Source of the DNA: Negaprion brevirostris
Taxonomy: Eukaryota
Assembly: GCA_030324005.1 (NCBI GenBank)
Contig: JARDVH010000025.1
Coordinates: 73,338,803 to 73,402,802, forward strand
Reading direction: 5' to 3'
DNA length: 64,000 bases
A program made the translations under genes and the position numbers. Below are positions 62,370 to 64,000 of this stretch, one piece after another. The number at the start of each line of letters is the position of its first letter. The stretch's first letter is position 1. The notes beneath the pieces were generated by a model. The model saw only the letters and a program-made list of their open reading frames with translations, ran no database searches and was not told the origin of the DNA.

Positions 62370-63350
62370 TTACTTTTGACAGGCACCAGAATTTGGCAAC
62401 TGTTTGAATAAAGAAACATTCCAATCACTCAAACACTTGGCAAAGTATAAATTTCTTAAAAGCGGAAATGTTTTCTCATCATACGTTTTCTTTGAGTTAA
62501 TGAAACAAACATATCCAAATTGAGTTTCTGGATAGATTGCCCTCAGATTGAAGAGTAATATTTTACTCCAGAGCATTTTGTTGATATTAACTAGTCATCA
62601 GAATGAATTTGTTCATTTATAGTTTTGCCAATAAAAATATTTACTTCAAGTTTTGGCGTTCCTGTTTTCACTGATGGAACAATTGCCATCTGGAATGAAT
62701 CTTCGACTCGGAAATAACATTTGTACAGAAATATCTTCAAGCTCAATTTTGTTTGATTCTGCTCGTAACCTATGCTTCATCTACAAGTCTTAACCTGACA
62801 CAATCTCCCTTGTCTCTGATTCCGATGGATGGTGCAGCAGCTGTCTACATTTTATATGATCCTGGAGCCTGGTACTGGTTTTTCAAAGTTCGCATCAAGC
62901 TTGGTCCAATTTTTAGTTTTGGGTGTACTCTAACTGAATATCACTTGTTAAAGGAATGCTCGTAATCGTACTTTGTTGATCTTTTTAATTGGGTTTCTGT
63001 TTGATTATGTTGGCTTCAGACTTTTGTCCAAAAATATACAACATGGTTTTGATTTTTTTTTCTTGCTGTTAACTCCGTTGAACTTTTATCTATAGTTGCA
63101 ATAAAAGTTGTTCTGTAACTCGGTTAGAATTCTCTTATTTCAGAATTCATTTTAATCTCGCAGTCTCTCTATTAACCTTTGGATAATAAGACAACAAGTC
63201 TGATTTCAAATGCAGGAAACTTTGAATTCCCCAGGGGTGGTAAAGTCCTTAGAACTACCTCAACAAACAATTTCTGATATTTCCAAATCATTATTTCATA
63301 TTCACACAGATGCAGATCTTTGTGTTGTTTTTGTATGAATGGTACCAGTG
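62370..63350 (-). mobile_element. Very old RTE-like RT relic
   Basis: IYPETQFGY..VCFINSKKTYD resembles RT YPESQCGF..CFIDFKKAYD; MAIVPSVKTG resembles IIVPIFKKG. Confidence 0.4.
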
Positions 63351-63889
63351 ACAAATATCATTCTGTAGGTTCAGTAACTTCAATAATAGTAACTGTGACA
63401 CTGCACTTCAAGAAGTCATGAGACATATTCATGTTGTGAGAGTTGATTTTTCTTTGACACACTTTTTTCAGGTTCACACTACAGGACACATCTTTGTGTT
63501 TCCCTGCAGTCTGTAACAGAGTTGTTTCTGATACTAGTTCTTGACTAACAGATCAGAAACTAGGCCCTCACCACACCAACCCATCCCACTGATCCCGTTG
63601 TGAAAGATCAGGTTATATTCTTCATCCTATATGTTGTATGAACTCAATTTTGTTTCGCAAAACTGTCTCACTTGAGGTTTTGAAATGTAACATTCAATGC
63701 ATTCGACAAACTGGGAATATTATTAGAATGTGAAAGTAAGAAAGAACTTAAATTTATATAATGCAGTTCTTCCATCTGTCCCAACATATTTCAGTCATTG
63801 AAGCATTTTGAAGTGACATCACTGTTTTCATGCAGTTTTATTTACTGACAAGAGACCACAAACAACAAATGAAATTAATGATTTTTTTT

Positions 63890-64000
63890 AAATGTTAGGC
63901 TGAAAGAATAATGTTGGCCAAGACACCAGGACACCTACTTGCTAGTCAAATAACACCCTGTATTCTCTTACATCCATCTGAAAGATTAGGCAGACCCAAA
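63890..64000 (-). mobile_element. Deu-domain SINE (SacSINE1/AmnSINE1-like) fragment, cut by the window edge
   Basis: TTGGCCAAGACACCAGG..TTACATCCATCTGAAAG..GGCAGAC is the reverse complement of the Deu-domain core as recalled. Confidence 0.6.

Noticed and set aside
1-64000. CRISPR arrays, operons, rRNA genes or other prokaryotic systems
   Set aside because: No regularly spaced repeats or gene-dense coding sequence; this is vertebrate repeat-rich DNA

Overview
Eukaryotic, repeat-dense vertebrate DNA of moderate GC content, containing several N-runs. The repeats point to a cartilaginous fish, most likely a shark: HE1-type V-SINEs, a SacSINE1/Deu-like SINE, many CR1, L2 and RTE LINE relics, Penelope-like elements with hammerhead-type terminal repeats, a probable solo LTR and GC-rich DNA-transposon relics. 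Repeat families were assigned from recalled consensus sequences, and most boundaries are approximate. I recognise no intact host gene, and nearly all listed ORFs are repeat fragments or chance. The region looks intronic or intergenic. The most interesting signals are: (1) a collinear plus-strand series of diverged Ser/Thr-kinase-like segments at 26.4-31.6 kb, three of which splice in frame, with Rho-GTPase-like and death-domain-like traces nearby; (2) Penelope-derived elements with inverted arms, each carrying a hammerhead ribozyme core; (3) two local 73-bp templated duplications; (4) a solo LTR splitting a SINE; (5) several perfect hairpins and small candidate exons in repeat-poor sequence. 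All protein-family calls were made by eye, without database searches.
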